A stretch of DNA of 64,000 nt from Raillietiella orientalis (taxonomy: Eukaryota): the NCBI GenBank assembly GCA_036172245.1, contig JAYWIR010000038.1, forward strand, positions 1,302,001 to 1,366,000, written 5' to 3'. Made by a program: the position numbers and the translations under genes. Below the pieces are notes generated by a model. That model made no database searches and was not told the DNA's origin. It saw only the letters and a list, made by a program, of their open reading frames with translations. Shown here piece by piece: positions 36,861-50,385 of this stretch. Position 1 is the first letter of the stretch. Every line of letters starts with the position of its first letter.

Positions 36861-39800
36861 AAGCAGAGGAAGAAAAAAACGAAACAAAACACACGCGCGC
36901 ACCCACTCACGAAAACAAAAACACAAAAAAGGGGACGAGTCCACGGAAGACACTGGAAAGTTCCGCTGGCTTCTGAGGCTAAAGACAACGGCTGTCGATT
37001 CTTCTCGATAAAGCGAAACGACGATGGTTCAACGATAAGGCGAAACACCTGCCTCCCGAATGTGGCACGCGACTGCGCTCAAGTACCTGCAGATCGGGAA
37101 CAGCACGCGACTGAACTGAATGTAATTGAGCAGCAGACGACCCGGGTGACCTCAGGAAGCGCCGCTCCGGGTTCTTTGCGTGCAGAGCATGCAATTCGCT
37201 GTTTGTCGGCATGCAAACCACGCGGCAGCCATGCATCTTGCGGTATTTACGCCGAGGTGACAGCGGAGGGGCGAAAACGCGTCCGCGTTGCGAGGCGCCT
37301 GGCGTCGCTCCGATCCCATGTTGTTTCCAGGCCGTCCCCCGTTGCCGCGGAACGGTCGCCGGGGAAACGACGACCATCGACGGCTGATGCGCGTTGCTGG
37401 AAGTTGCATTCTCCCGAGCAAGAGGAGCCCAAATTCCCACGGGCCAGCCGCATCCGCAGGCTCGTGGAGATGTACAATATGTTCTGTACACGCAGCGTCG
37501 TCGAGTACAGAACAGCGCGCACGCACACGCAGCTCGCAAACGCAGCGCGCGGGCTTCTCCGTGCTGCGTTACTGCAAAAGAGTGCTACTTTTCTCCCTCG
37601 GAAAATAAATTTCCGTGGAAGATTTTTCAGCCATCCGAATGAGATAATTGAAAAAAAAGGAAAAAAAAAAAAAAAAAACGATCATCCTCTTCAAGAAAAA
37701 TGATTTGTGTTCTCAGACAAAAAAAAAAAAAAAAGGAAAAGAAAAGAAAAAGGATCGCTGTCCGGGGAGCAACAGTTTAGTGAAAGGTTGAGGATGTTTC
37801 TTATCGCAAAGCAACATTACATTTTCAGTGCCGTGTTTTCATATTTGGGGAAGGATCCACGCTTACGATGGAGCAGCGTATCTGCATTCGCAAGATAAGC
37901 AAGAAGACACCCTGAAGGACGCGCGGCGACACGCTGGAAGACCACGCGAGATTGTGCAATGTCGCAAAAATGCGTTTATAAATAAAAGAATTCGAGCGCG
38001 GGCATGGATTGCCACCGGTTGGGTCAACGGTCGGTTCCAAGTCATCATCGAGCGCTGCTATCGTGATAGCATTGATAATGATGGTGACGACGTGAATGCG
38101 TTGTCCGGATGCAGCAGAGACGAAGATGGAGCCTGTCCGATTCCGCAGCCTGGAGGAAACGAGCGGAAAATAATGTGCAAAGGGAAAAGAAAAAAAAAAA
38201 AAAAATGGCGCCGTCCGAGTGCTTCCTGTCCGCGCGTGGATACCATCTTTCCGCAAACCTCGCACCCCGCGCACCAGACGACAAAGCAAACCCCTACATC
38301 ACGGCGGTGACGACCACGGTGTCATCCTCCTGGAGTAATGGGGGCAATCCGGTGCTGCTGCTGCTGCTGCCAGCGCGGGGCCCTCTGCTCTGTACACAAA
38401 AGTTAGCTGCGAGCAATTTTTTTTCGTCCGTCTGCTTCTTGTTTGCCCTGGCGGTGTTGACGGAACGACAACAGCTTCCCGGTGCAGGAGAGGACGGACG
38501 CAACCGAGTCGCCGCCATCGCCGCTGCTTGGTTTCGGCCGGGATTTTTCCAAGGGACCAAGAAACTTGCAATTTCCGAAAGCACATCCACGTCGCGGGCG
38601 TTCGGCGTGCGTTCCGTTTCCAGGCACAAGGAGGGTTGCCGCACGGTGCTGCAGACGCCCCCCAGCGTTCGGCGTTTCCCCGTTTTCCCTGGGTGACCGA
38701 AGGATTGCTCGCGCGCGCGCTCACCGCAAACCGTTGCATCGACCCACGAGGTGAGCTCTGCATTCGGTCCGAAGAGACTCTCAAGGACGGGCGCCGCCAA
38801 GACCCCGCTGAATCCTCTGGCGCGAGCTGCCCTCGCAGCTCGGGAGAGGCAGCACGTACGTCACCAGCACGCGGCTTCACCCTCGCCGGCGAGCCACCGA
38901 CTGAGGGAGCGGCGGAATTTCAAACGCCCCTTGCGGCTGCGCGCTGGCTCCACTCCTTCTGGAGCGGGCGTCGTCGGGTTCGGCCCGAGCAACCGTTTGG
39001 CAGCGTCCGTTTCACGCCTTCGCTTCCCCAAAACCAAACATTCGTTCCGCGGATTAACCGACGCGCGGGCGCGAGCGAGCGACGTGCTCTCTCCTCTACG
39101 TGTGCAGCAAAGTGTGCACTTTGCAACGCCTCCAGCGGGCAAGGGACGGGCGATTCGGATGGTGGCCAGGACGGCCAGGATCGTAATTGCCGCGAGTGGT
39201 GCCAGGACACCCTTGGATCGCCGGGGATTTCATGGAGCAAGAAAATATCCCTTCCGGATGGACGAGGGGAGAGGCGCGAGCAGAATGCCCGAAGGTGCAA
39301 CAGCATCAGGAAGAGGAAAAGCACGTTTTCGTTCCTCGAGGGTATGCACCTGAGCGGAATAAAGAAACCGCGCGAAAGTACTTTCGGCATGCATGCAACA
39401 AGAAATGCAGTAGCTGCGCATTGGCGACGAAATCCATACAGTACACGTGGACACAAGCGTACGGGTGCGGTCGTGTCGATGCACTACATAAGTGGAGCAT
39501 CCCCCCCTCCCCACACACACACAAATTCATACTTGTCCCTCATTCCTCTGCCGAAATGCATCATTGTATACATAAATACACCAAATGCAGACGCGTTTAT
39601 TACAGACGTAAGCATGGACCAGACGCGCACGTATGCACGCACGTGTGATGACGAATGCCCTTAGTGTGGCGAACGGAGCATCCGTGACGTAGTTACCCAG
39701 GCTTGCTGCACTCGGAACGCCAGGGCAGCCAGACGCCAGTCCTCCGGGCGACACCCACCCGCGGAGACGTGTCGCGCGCGATCGCACGTGACGGAATGCC

Positions 39801-40599
39801 CCGCACGCGTGCTCCCAGCGCACGCGGGGCAGCCTGCGGGCGTTTCACGCGCGAACACCTGGGAACGTCTGCTGGCCCGTGGCTCCACATGCGACGGTTT
39901 CGTTTGGAACGCGCGGCCCCACCGCGAGGGGTCAGGTGGGATGCAAACGTGCGGTGGGCGGGCTGCAGCGAGGCGCGAAGGACGCACGGTCGGCGTGGGA
40001 GACACGCGAGACAGGCGCAGTGGTGGAAACGGAACGCGTGCCGGGTACGGGATGGACCTCGCGGCGGGACGAAACGTGACGGGTGCGATCGGTAGCGCGC
40101 GGGGAAAGCGGCGACAGGCGGGACGCACGTGCTGCCGCCCCGCGGCAGTGTCGCCGCCGTCGCATGCGCGCGCGTGCGCTCCAGCTCTCCGGGACGCCGA
40201 CGAGAGCGCGAAGCTCCTCCTTCCCCTTCCCTACGGGAAAGGGAAGACCTGCAGCTGGTCTCTTGGTTCGCGCGAGACGGTTCTCCCGGTCCTCTCCGCT
40301 CCCCCGTCCCCTACTTTCCACTGCGTTTTTTTTTTCCTGGCCCTGCTGTCCCCTCCCAATAGCCTTCCTCTACCGTGGCGGACGTGCTTGCGAAGGAGAG
40401 GAGGAGGAGGAAGAGAGAGAGGTGGGAAACCTCACCGGTGAGGGAAGGGAGGAAGGCGAGAGGGAGGGGGTGGAGGGGGAGACGGCCCGGTCGCGGCCGC
40501 GGGAAGAGGGCCGCTCCTCCCGCAGCGCGCGCGAGCACGCGCAGCAGACCCTCTTCTTCCTTCTATCAGCGTCCCGGAGAGACGACTGATTGAACCCGG

Positions 40600-40930
40600 C
40601 CGGCGCGCGCGTCGCACCCTGTAATTAGCGAAGCGCCCGCGTCGCCGGTAATCGGCGCGGGCCAACCACCGCCTGCCTCGGCCGCCACAAAACGCGTTTT
40701 CTACTGACTTCTTGAGGACGGCGCGCGAGGTGGTGGGCGGGCAACGTCTCCATTCCAGGCCCGCGAACTTCACCCCTCCTCCTTCCATTCTGCTGAGAGA
40801 GACGAGGAATGGAGATGCCTTTCGTGACGTCCACGCTGATTGATTGACAAGACCCCATTGTCAGCAGGATTTCTTCTTCTTCTCCTCCTCCTCCTACTCC
40901 TCCGCGTCGGAGGGAGAGAGAGAGAGAGAC
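40600..40930. promoter_or_regulatory. Candidate developmental cis-regulatory module
   Basis: TGATTGATTGACA (40837-40849, Pbx/Exd plus Meis/Hth-type), CATTGT (40856-40861, Sox-type) overlapping TGTCA, GTGACGTC (40824-40831), TAATTA (~40622) and a GAGA tract (40911-40930), in repeat-poor CpG-rich sequence. Motif evidence only. Confidence 0.35.
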
Positions 40931-42169
40931 AGATAAACTGAAGAAGCAGTAAATCCTAAGAGAACGGGGCGGGCAGCATCGATGAAAGGAAGCAGCTCTC
41001 AGAAATCGTCTTTGCGCTTCTTGGCTCGTGGAAGTGGCGCTCAAGGACGAACGGCGTGTCCATTTCCCGGGCATTGGCGCGAGCACCCTCCGAGTCCGCG
41101 GTGCTGCTGCCGGAAGCTCTTCTCTCCTTTTCCAGTCAGAAGGAAATTCCTCCTGGAGGAGCGACCTCACGTCTTCTCTCTCTCTCTCTCTCCCTTCCCG
41201 CCGCCGATGGTGCCCCTTCTGGCTCACTGGCGTTCGGCGGAGCTTAGGGGGAGCCGCTGCCGCCTCCATTTTCCCTCCTTCCCGCAGACCGTCGTCCGGA
41301 GTCCTTGCTGACCTTTCTTCAGGAGCTCAGCGCCGTCCCTTCGGAAACGCGAGAGTTCTTGGCAGCGCGAAGGCCTTCCGGGTGGCTCGCGCCCTGCTCC
41401 CGTGGAGAGGTTCTGCTCGCGCTGCGCATGTTCCTGCTTCCAGGAAAGTTCTCCTTTCGTCCTCCGAGAGGATTCCAGGCAGCTCCCGGATCCACCAGGA
41501 GAGCATCTTTTTCCGGGAACGCTGCTCCCGCCTTACCCCGCCTTATCTGCGGACCGAGCGGGCCGCGCGATCCCTGGCGACAAGTGGGAAATTTCGGAGC
41601 AAAAATAAGCAAATAAATAAATGATGTGTGTCGCAGCTGCCGCGAGACCTGTAACGACGTGTCGTCTTAAATGAGAGGAAAACAGAACAAATTAATGTTC
41701 CCTGGGCACCGGGATCCCTGAAATAGGGAAGGAATTTCGGAGGAAAACCTCAAAAACTTGTTTACGCTTTCCCCCTTCGGAAAGCGGCAAAAACCTAAAA
41801 CAAATGAAGTGAGGTCAAAGTGAAGTCGCGACGCCTGCAGTGAGGATGCAAATTGCAACGGCATCAGAAGATCGCAACGACCGCTGAAGGAAGGGGGGGG
41901 GGGAGGGGGGAGGAAGGAGGAGGAGGAGAGGGAAAGGCGCGGAAAGAAGCCAAAGCGGAATGCAATTTGCAACGGTTGCCGCCGAATCGTGAGGAGCTGA
42001 TCTGCAAAGCTCAAAGGTCTGTGTGTGCCGACGGATCACGTGAGGAACCGAAACTGCCATTAGGGATGCGCGACCCCGTGCCTCGCGAGAGACCCGTTTT
42101 GCTTTGTTTGCACCTCAAATTACTTGGGAAGATACGTCTCGAGGAGGTCGTTCCTCATCGCTGATCCGA

Positions 42170-42480
42170 ACCGGAAACGAAGCCTCGAGAAAATTTCCTT
42201 TTTACCTTTCCCATTCTGAAACCACGGCAACTCACAAGCAAAGCAAAACTTCTGGGATTTCGGCATCTCAACAAATTGATCAGCATACGAAAACTTTCAC
42301 CGCTCCACAAAAAGCAATGGCAGCAATGAAAGACGGCAACAATGAAGGACAAATATCTGAATCACCTTGACGACAGAAATACAAGCAGCGATGGGTTTTA
42401 ACCTATTGTTGTCGAGTGGATCGCCATGGCGACGGATGGGTTGTAGAGTTCGTTGCGGTGGCTATTAGCGGCGAGGTCGC
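42170..42480 (+). mobile_element. Possible 3' relic of a CRE-like (restriction-like endonuclease) non-LTR retrotransposon
   Basis: KRSLEKISFLPF...FWDFGI (42250) ...MKDKYL (42342) ...F*PIVVE (42402) follows the order of the RPDG..PW..WD..K..KY..F.P..VE pattern of RLE domains. Locally AT-richer. Confidence 0.4.
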
Positions 42481-45289
42481 AGCAGGAAACTTGAAATCCG
42501 TACATGAATTCAAGCAGGTGGTGACTCTGTAACGTACGGAGGAGCACTTCTGATGAGCGAACGAGGTTCGGTAGCGGCTAATTAAGATCAAATTAGGAGA
42601 AGCAATTAGGAAAATTAGGAAAATTCGGTTGAATTTAGATCCAGGCTTCCCAGCAAAAACGTCTATTTTGTTGCCACGCCGCCTATACGGCACCTCAGGC
42701 AGCATCTTCGATGGATGCCCAATTCCTCAAGTTCAGGTGCTGACGTCACGCCATGGAGCGAACTGTTCAAAGGCTGAAGCTCTCATTTCGAACACGTTTC
42801 CTCTGAAACTCTCCCTGCTTCCCCATCTGTGTAATTGCTTTTATAGGCCATTAACAATGATTTGAACGAAACACAAACAGATTAACCTACTTCAATCACT
42901 TGACAGATAAGAAGGTCGATTGCCGCCGTGGAAGAGCCCGATGTGCTGCAGAGCAGGAAGAAGAAAGTGGATGGGTAAGCGCCTTCTCGCGAAAGAAAAC
43001 AAAACAAACAAAACAAAGTCGGGACCACTCCGGAAGTGCTCGCGAGATTTTCCCAATGGAAGAGCCTCTTTTCCGCTTTTATCCTGCTGAATGCCGAAGA
43101 AGCGTTTCGGATGATTTTCTGCATCCTCGCTTTGCGAGGGCGCCCCTTTCCGAGAGCCCCTTTTTCGTTTTCCACCTCCTCCCGAAGCGAACCCGGCAGA
43201 CAGTGCCGTCTCGCCGCCATTCCTCTTCGCCGTTCTCGGCGGCGCGCAGCCCTGATCCCTCTGGCCCTCGCTCGTGTCCCTTGCCAAGCCGAGCAGCCTC
43301 TTCGCTCGGGAACCACCGGAGCGTGGAGCGTCTCTCGCGCCCACGTCACGGTTCCGCAAAGTCGCTCTTTCTCTCGAGGCGAGTCGCAGGCAGACGGGCC
43401 ACCCCTCCTGCTTACCAGCGAACCCGGCAGTGAGATATGCAAAGTGGGAGTCTTTGACGCCGATGGAAGGCGAGAGTGTACGTAATGAAAACGAGATAAG
43501 CGAAGGAGTGCCCTCGGTAGACAGACGGAGACAGCAAATATATGGATGCGGGAAGGAGCGGGGAAGGGGGAGGAGGGGGGAAGCACTCGACAAAGCACAG
43601 GAATACCAGAACACACACCCCACACTGCACGCACTCACGTTGGGCTGGACCAGGACCTTGCTCCTGACGACGATTGAGGCGAGACACCGGCGCCTCACCG
43701 GAGGTCCCGGCTCACCCGGGTGAAACACCGGAGGTCCGACGGACGGCTGAGAAGACCGGACTAACGGTGGGGTGCGCGTCCGTCTTCGGGGAGCGGGGAA
43801 ACCCGAGCAGGGGAAACCGCTCGCTGCAGCATGTGGGATGCTCCTTTCCGAAATGGATGTTACCACACCTTCGGCGCTGGCGAGAAGCGACGCCGGACTG
43901 GCGAGACTTCCGGGATGCCCGAATCCTCGGGGAGGAGGGTTCTTTTCGCTGCTTGGGGACAGAAGAGCGCGCGCGGGCGCACTTCGTCCCCTTGTCCAAA
44001 GTGCAAGCCGATAGCTCTCGAGGGGAGGAGGAGAGGAGAGGAGCTGGTGTCTTCCAGTGTCCAAAGCCACGGGTGTGGAGGAGCTCGCGAGGAAAATTCG
44101 CTCGAGAGGGAGAGAGAGGGAGGGGGAGGCGAGGATTCCGTACCGGAGCATCCTCGCTGCTGCACTTGGTGACGTGCGCGCGTGCTGAAGTTCCGCGTTC
44201 GTGCGCACCCACCGGGCTCCCTGCACGCGAAACCAAAGCGCAGGCAGCGAGCCGCCCCTCCCTTCCCGGACGCATCTTCTGCTACGCGGAGGTGTTGTAC
44301 GCGAAGAATTCCTCCCCGATGGCACACTGGCACACTGAGGAAGCACCTCTGAAGGCACGAACTCGGGACGTGAACCGCACTTCCGAAACGACCCCAAAGG
44401 AGCTGTAAGGCTCCTCGCGGAGGTCGCCGTGGCAATAAAGCAAAACACTGGGCTGGACTTCCCCCAACAGGCAGAAGAAATTGAGTCATCATGAAGGTCC
44501 AAATGAATCGACGCCCCGTGAGATTGGACGTTCCTGCCCCGGCCCTCTGATTAAACGGCTGCAATCAAAGCGCCTGGAGTCGCGACGATGCCAGCGTGGC
44601 AGGGACTTTGCGGAGGTGTGGCGAGTCCGTCACGACCTGCGGAAACCGAGAGCGAGTCAGGCGAGTGGTCCCTCGAGGCAGCAAACAAAAAAAGTAAAGC
44701 ACGAATCTCCCTCTTTCTTCTCTCCCTCCCTCCCCCCCTTTTCTTCTTTTCTCCCCCTTGTTTCTGGAGGGTCTTTCAGGAAAGGCGACTCCCGGATGCA
44801 GGATCAACAAGCTCTTTCTGGATGCGGTTTCCATCGTGGCTCCTCGCTAGATGCTAAGAGGCTCCCTTTTGTTCCGGGAATCGTTCTTCTTGTTTGTTTG
44901 TTTTTTCTTTTCCTTTTTTTAAATCTGGGATTCCTACTGGAAGCTACATGGGGAGGGGGGCAACCTGAGGAGCTTCGACGGAAGACCGCGGTCCTGGCTG
45001 TCCGCCTGCGGTCGTTCCGGATAGGCGCGCGCGCGAGCGAAAACTCGTGGAACGCTCGCGGTGGGAAGAGACGGGCCAAGGAGGAGGGAACCCCGCAAGG
45101 GGAGGCGACGGCTTTGGATTTCGGCAATCGGAAGTCCTCTGGGGAGAGGAGGCAGACGGATGGCATCCCGAGGCAGTGGATCCCTTGAAGCAAATCGGAC
45201 CGATGGAGTGGGCTGGCGCGGAAACTCACCAGAAACTCGAGAGAGGTTTGCGTTTCGCAGGGATACCCTCTGGAGTGGCCTCTCCCGTC

Positions 45290-45480
45290 CCTTTGACGTG
45301 CACCATCAACAGAGATGATTGATGAGGCAGTCCGAGACGGCTCGACTCATTATTGCCAAGCAACGGATGTCAATGATCGCAAACAACAGTAAACAAGATC
45401 TTCAGGCTGCCATAGCGAGGCAGAAGACAATTTTTACAAAGGGAAGGCCGGTTCCAACTCTTGCGGGAAAGCTGACAAAG
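45290..45480 (+). mobile_element. Possible RTE-like LINE scrap adjoining a SINE
   Basis: SMIANNSKQDLQAAIARQKTIFTK resembles the SxITxDG..DIxxRIAxAKxxF thumb motif. Confidence 0.3.
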
Positions 45481-45528
45481 GGAGAGCTATCCCAGTCTCC
45501 CTCCCGAAGTGGGTCTACGAAAGAAGTA

Positions 45529-46117
45529 GGTCCACGCTGGCGGCCGTGCGGTTGCGGCTACACCTGGCGCCGCAGGCTTCAATTCCCATCTGGGGAGGGG
45601 CCGGCCCCGAAAAGGAACGCGTTGTGGGTTCCCAGACCCTCCCCCCTCCCTCCCCCCTTTCCCTGCAAAAGGACGCTCCGGACTTCGAATGTGGCACTTC
45701 GGGAAAGACCGCTCGCTGGAGGCCGGATGCCCCCGTTGACCAGCCGGAACTGGGGGTGCGCGCCCTCCGGGTTGTTTCCAGGGGTCACGGACCTCTGGGC
45801 TCCCCTCCAGCATTTCTCATGGCATCGACCCCTATCTCCGGGTGCCCCGCATCGCGTCATCGGGGTTTTCCTCCGGTTCGTGGGGAGCATGCTGAGGGGC
45901 TGGTTTCCCATCAGGGCTTGCACCGAGGCGGAGCTGCACGCACCCTCGGGTGGCGTGACCTCATTTGAACAGCCGCGTGACCCTCTGTAGAGACACCGCG
46001 GATCCGATCCGAACGACCACTACCGGCGTGGACGGACGGTTCCCGGGGGTACTAGCAAGGACAGGAAGCTGGAAGGAAAGCGGTAAACACTGAAGAACTC
46101 ACGGGGTTTTCATCATT
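45529..46117 (+). mobile_element. SINE family A copy, diverged and internally deleted
   Basis: Head ggtccacgctggcggccgtgcggttgcgg, decayed B-box, ctggaggccggatgcccccgttgacc, acgcaccctcgggtggcgtga, tail gctggaaggaaagcgg...ttcatcattcc. Confidence 0.8.
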
Positions 46118-47229
46118 CCAGGTCAACAGTAACGATCACTTCGTGAGGTCGCTACCGGCCTCATATAAGAGACCAGCAGCTTATGTATATAGGAAGCTCA
46201 AGACACGCTCCTCAACTTCTACGAAGACGTTTGAAAGGTGTGGCCAGGATCCGACGGTCTTTAGGGAGGCGCCTGCGGCACAGAGAAATCGTTCGACTGA
46301 GTCGGGTGGGCGCTCTGACCGCCCCTTGGTAGGCGAACGAAATGGATGGCCATCTTCGGCTGATTGAAGGCTACACCCCCATTTTTCGACCCCCTTGGTC
46401 CGTGCGCGCGCTCCCGTCTCGCGGCAGGTATGCCACGTCCCTCTTTTCCCCGTGAAGACTCGCTATCCAATCGTCGCAAACGGGAACCGGAAACGGACGC
46501 ACTTCCTGGTCTCCGTGGAAGGATCACCGCGGTTCGCTGACGAAGCTGCCTTTCGCCTGCCCGTCCTTCTTCGCTCGAGTCCTCCTTGGTGAGCCTCCAG
46601 GTCTCCTTGTCAGCCGGTCACCCGTTCCCTCTCCGCGTGAGCTGGCGGAGAAGGGCTGCTCCTCCTCCTCGAATCCTTTGGTGCTGGTTGGGCCTCCGGA
46701 AGACTGTGAAATTTGGGCAAGGAGGGCGCCGTGGCGCCCAGCCGTCTCTTCCCTCCGCGAGCCTGCTGTTTTCCGAAAGAAGCCTGCTTTCTCGTCTTGA
46801 CCTCTAATTCAATCAGAAGTGGCTGCTTGTCTTCGGGAGCGGCCACTCGGTCTCCCTCTCCTGAGATGATGGTTTCCTGCTCTCTCGTTGGCATTTCTCC
46901 TTCTCTTGGATTGTCGCAGCATCCCTTTCGAATAAGTGGACAGGAGAAAATTTTCCAGAAAGTTCTGGGAAGTTCACGAGGGGAACGGGGGGGAGGGACG
47001 GCGGCGGACGGATACCTACATCGATCCCCACGTCATCGGGTTGTTCAACTCTGCTGCCACCCTTGGACCCAGGAGAACGACCTTGGGCTAGGTGTAGTCA
47101 GGAAGGAGGTCGCTGCCTGGATTCGAACCCCCGAGTTTCCGGGCTGCGACTCTGTCCCTCCCTGCCGCAAACGTTCAGGCGGGCGTGGTCCTTCACCAGC
47201 GTGAAGCGAAAGCGCCCGAGAACAGATTC

Positions 47230-47890
47230 AGGAGGGAATGATGAGTCGCCTTGAGCCACTCTGGTACCGCCAGCTCTTGGAACTCAGACTCGGTACAGTC
47301 GGGCAGAACACCTTGGGGGCAGGCCATAGGCAGACGTGCCCAACGTGCACATGGACACGCTGCATCTTTGCATACCAGAACGCGTGCAATTTCGCTCAGT
47401 TTCATCTGCAGATGCAGCGAGCATGCGCGAGCGGTTCCTTGCACGAATGCGGCTGCCTTGCGTCCTTTCCGGGTCTCCGGAGCACGCGACCGGAAACTCG
47501 GAAGTAAACGCGAAGAGGAGTTCCAGGAAGCAGATGGCGGCTCCTGCTTCCCCACCTTCAGACAGCCCTCTGAGTTGGAGGACTACGAGATTTAGGAGCC
47601 GCGATCCAGTCCAGGCGCTATTGCTGCTTCTTTGCCTACAAGAAAGGGCTTGAACCTGTGGGAAAGTTCAAGCGCAGTGCCAATCCTCAGGAGACTCTGG
47701 GCTACCAATGGTCGACGATCCGATGGTGCTAGCCTGGCGGCAAGCCAAGGGGATTCTGCAGAAGAAATGTCGGGGAAGGCAGGCCGGGATACAAGGAGTT
47801 ACTGACTTGCTTTTCCAGCATTCTTTCCATTCCAAGCCCAGCGTTTGGCTTTACCTCCTGAAGAACGGTTGCACAGGGGGCAAGAACGGC
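47230..47890 (-). mobile_element. Possible L1/Tx1 ORF2 post-RT fragment
   Basis: HRFKPFLVGKEAAIA...NSEGCLKV resembles FxFLWxGK...VA...PxxxGGL. Composition resembles the other L1 relics. Confidence 0.3.
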
Positions 47891-50385
47891 ACACAGGGTG
47901 GTGAGCGCGAAGAACAAAGAGAGGTGCTCTTCGCGGGCCGTCTCCGGACAGGGAGACCTGCCGGACGCAACTTGGGGCGCGCGCGCCTGCTTGCAGGGGA
48001 GGGCGGCGTGCGTGGAAGGAAAAATCGGGAGCCGGGTCGCCGGCTACGGCGAAGCCCCGCTTCCGGTAGCTGCTCCCTGCGACCGGACTCCCAAAGGCAT
48101 CACGAGTTGAATGGCGCCGCGAAGTGGGGTCACCTCTGGTGTCGGCGGTCCGGCACCCGCTCACGCGCGCGGATGCGCGTCCTCGGAGAGCACGAGGGCC
48201 GAAACGAAAGCTGCGCACGTTTTCCGTGAGCGCACAGCTCCCGAACCGGAGGGATTTTCCTTCCAGCACCGGTGCCAAGTGGTTTCGTGCACGCACACAC
48301 GCAGCTACTGGACGTTACACGTGTGTTTACACGTATGGCCGCTCGCGAACCTAATGATTCGCTCTTGTTTTGCCAACAGCTGTTGTGCGATACGTCCACG
48401 GTGGCTCGAACGGTGCAAGATGCAAGCGGACCCAGAAGCGATGATTCTTGCATCTTGACAAGGTAGTTCACCGGGATCGCAAATGAAGATGAATGATGAG
48501 AGCTCCGACGCAGCAACGGCAGCAGCAAGCCTATTTATGCAGCATCTTCTCACTTGAATGAATCGGGCACTCTCGTTATGGAGCACGAAGAAGTCAGATG
48601 CAACTGAGATGAAAATTTGCGCGTTTATTGACACGGCTGCCTCCGGTTGCCAAGTTTCCCTCTTTTTCTCCTTCTTCTTCTTCTTCTTTTTTTTTTTTTT
48701 GCTTTGTTTTGTTTTGTTTTGTCTTCTAGCCTTGGAAGACCGAGTGGAACGACTTGAACTGGAAATGACCACTCTCCAGCTCTCCAGAACTCCTGCGAGC
48801 GTGTAGTACGGATTCCGGATATCGGCGGAACGCCGCTGCTCGAGAGGACTTCTTGCCGGGAACGCTGCGGTGGTGGCGGCGGCGCATCTGTGCGCAGAGG
48901 CGCTGATTACGCACACCGGAGGACGCGTGCCTTCCAGTTGCCACCTGATCTCTCGAGGCGGAGGGTGGTTCGACTTTGGCATTCTTCCGAAGCAGTTTCC
49001 AGACAGGGTGCGCGCTGCGCCACAGAAGATGGCCCTCTGCTCCTCTTCCTCAGAGTTTCTCAGCCTCGTTATCGGAGGGAACAGCTCCTGCATTTGTTCC
49101 AATACCTCGGTGGTGGCAGCTCCTGGAGTTTCACTCCGTTCGAGAAAGACAAGTCAATACTATCTGATTCGCCTGCCTCCTTTCCTTTTTTTTTCCTCTC
49201 GCCCCCCCCCCCCAGCCAAAGGAAGACTTATCCAGTGAAATTTGATTGGGGCTCTTCGGGAAAAAAGGAAAAACAAAACGAAAAACAAAATTCGTACATC
49301 TCCTCAGATCTCAGATTCCTTCGGTCTCCACTTGCTTGGGGCAAACTAGCTAAGGGAATGCGGGATGAAACTCCGAAAACGGGAAGAAGCGGAACTTTCG
49401 TTTCCCCCAGGCTGGAGACGATCGGACTCGCTGAATCACAATCACCGACAAGATCAGCCCGGCCGTGTTCTTCGGCAAGTGCAGGGAGGGGAAGGAAGGG
49501 GGGGGAGGGAGGGGGAAAAACACACACTTGAAAAGAGCGAAAACACGAACGTCCCGACGCGCCGCGACACCCGGAATTTTGGAACGAGAGCGCCTGTCGT
49601 CGGGAGCAACCCATCCCGCGTTCTCGGGGACACTGCGGATCCCCCCTCCTCCCCTTTCTTTCTCTCTTTCTCTCCCCCGCAGCCGAGTCGCGCTATCTCC
49701 CACCTCCCTCGCACTTGATGACGGCGACAGGCTCTTAAGCAGTTCCTAGTAAATCGAATTTACGTCAGCCACAGCAGCAAAAAACATTTCGCGATCCTCG
49801 CCGGCCACTTGAGTTTCCGAACTGGGAAGCCACGCGTGCCGCACTCGACTGGAATGTGCGTGGGTGTGAAGAAATCTTCAAGTGGGCGCGACTCTTGATT
49901 ATCCTCCCATTTGTGTTCGCTCCCCATTAGTTTTATCAGAGGCGGTCCTGCGCAGCCGCTCTGGAAACCAGCAGGTTCTAACACGCGGATCCCGGCCGGC
50001 TCCCTGCTTCATGCATGCCGAGACAAGCGCCGGCTGGCGACCATGGAATCAACGAGATCACTGCAACGGACTCTTCTCCGAAACCGAAGAGGCAGTCGTC
50101 TGGACCCGCCAGCTAGCGCCCACGGAACCGGATGCAGACAGTCGTACGAGTGGCACCGTCGCCGTGCCATCCCCCGATCTCGGCCCGATAGACCCACGTG
50201 TGCTCCAGCGGACCACTACATTCTCTTCGATTAGGACGCCAGGACCTCTGGAAAGCGGGCAGGGAGTTTCGGCTCCACCGGCGCCAGGGACGCTTCTTGG
50301 AAAGCGGCGACGCGCGACCGACCATCCCCTCCGCAGTTTCCCTCCCTCCCGCGAAATGCTTAAGAGCGCTTCGGGGCCGCGTTTG

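Noticed and set aside
36784..36900. (GCA)n(ACA)n as a polyglutamine exon
   Set aside because: Flanks are A-rich low-complexity sequence with no supportable splice sites or coding context.
38528..39664. 378-aa ORF and other 300+ aa ORFs (15625, 54999, 60548, 62984)
   Set aside because: No recognisable domains; translations run through microsatellites or repeats, and overlapping frames are equally open.
40610..40630. ACCCTGTA as a miR-10 family microRNA
   Set aside because: The match stops after 8 nt and no precursor hairpin is evident.
42892..44502. Longest ORF in the window (536 aa, minus strand)
   Set aside because: Ser/Arg/Pro/Ala-rich, crosses low-complexity tracts, with no domain motif or codon bias; expected by chance in GC-rich DNA.
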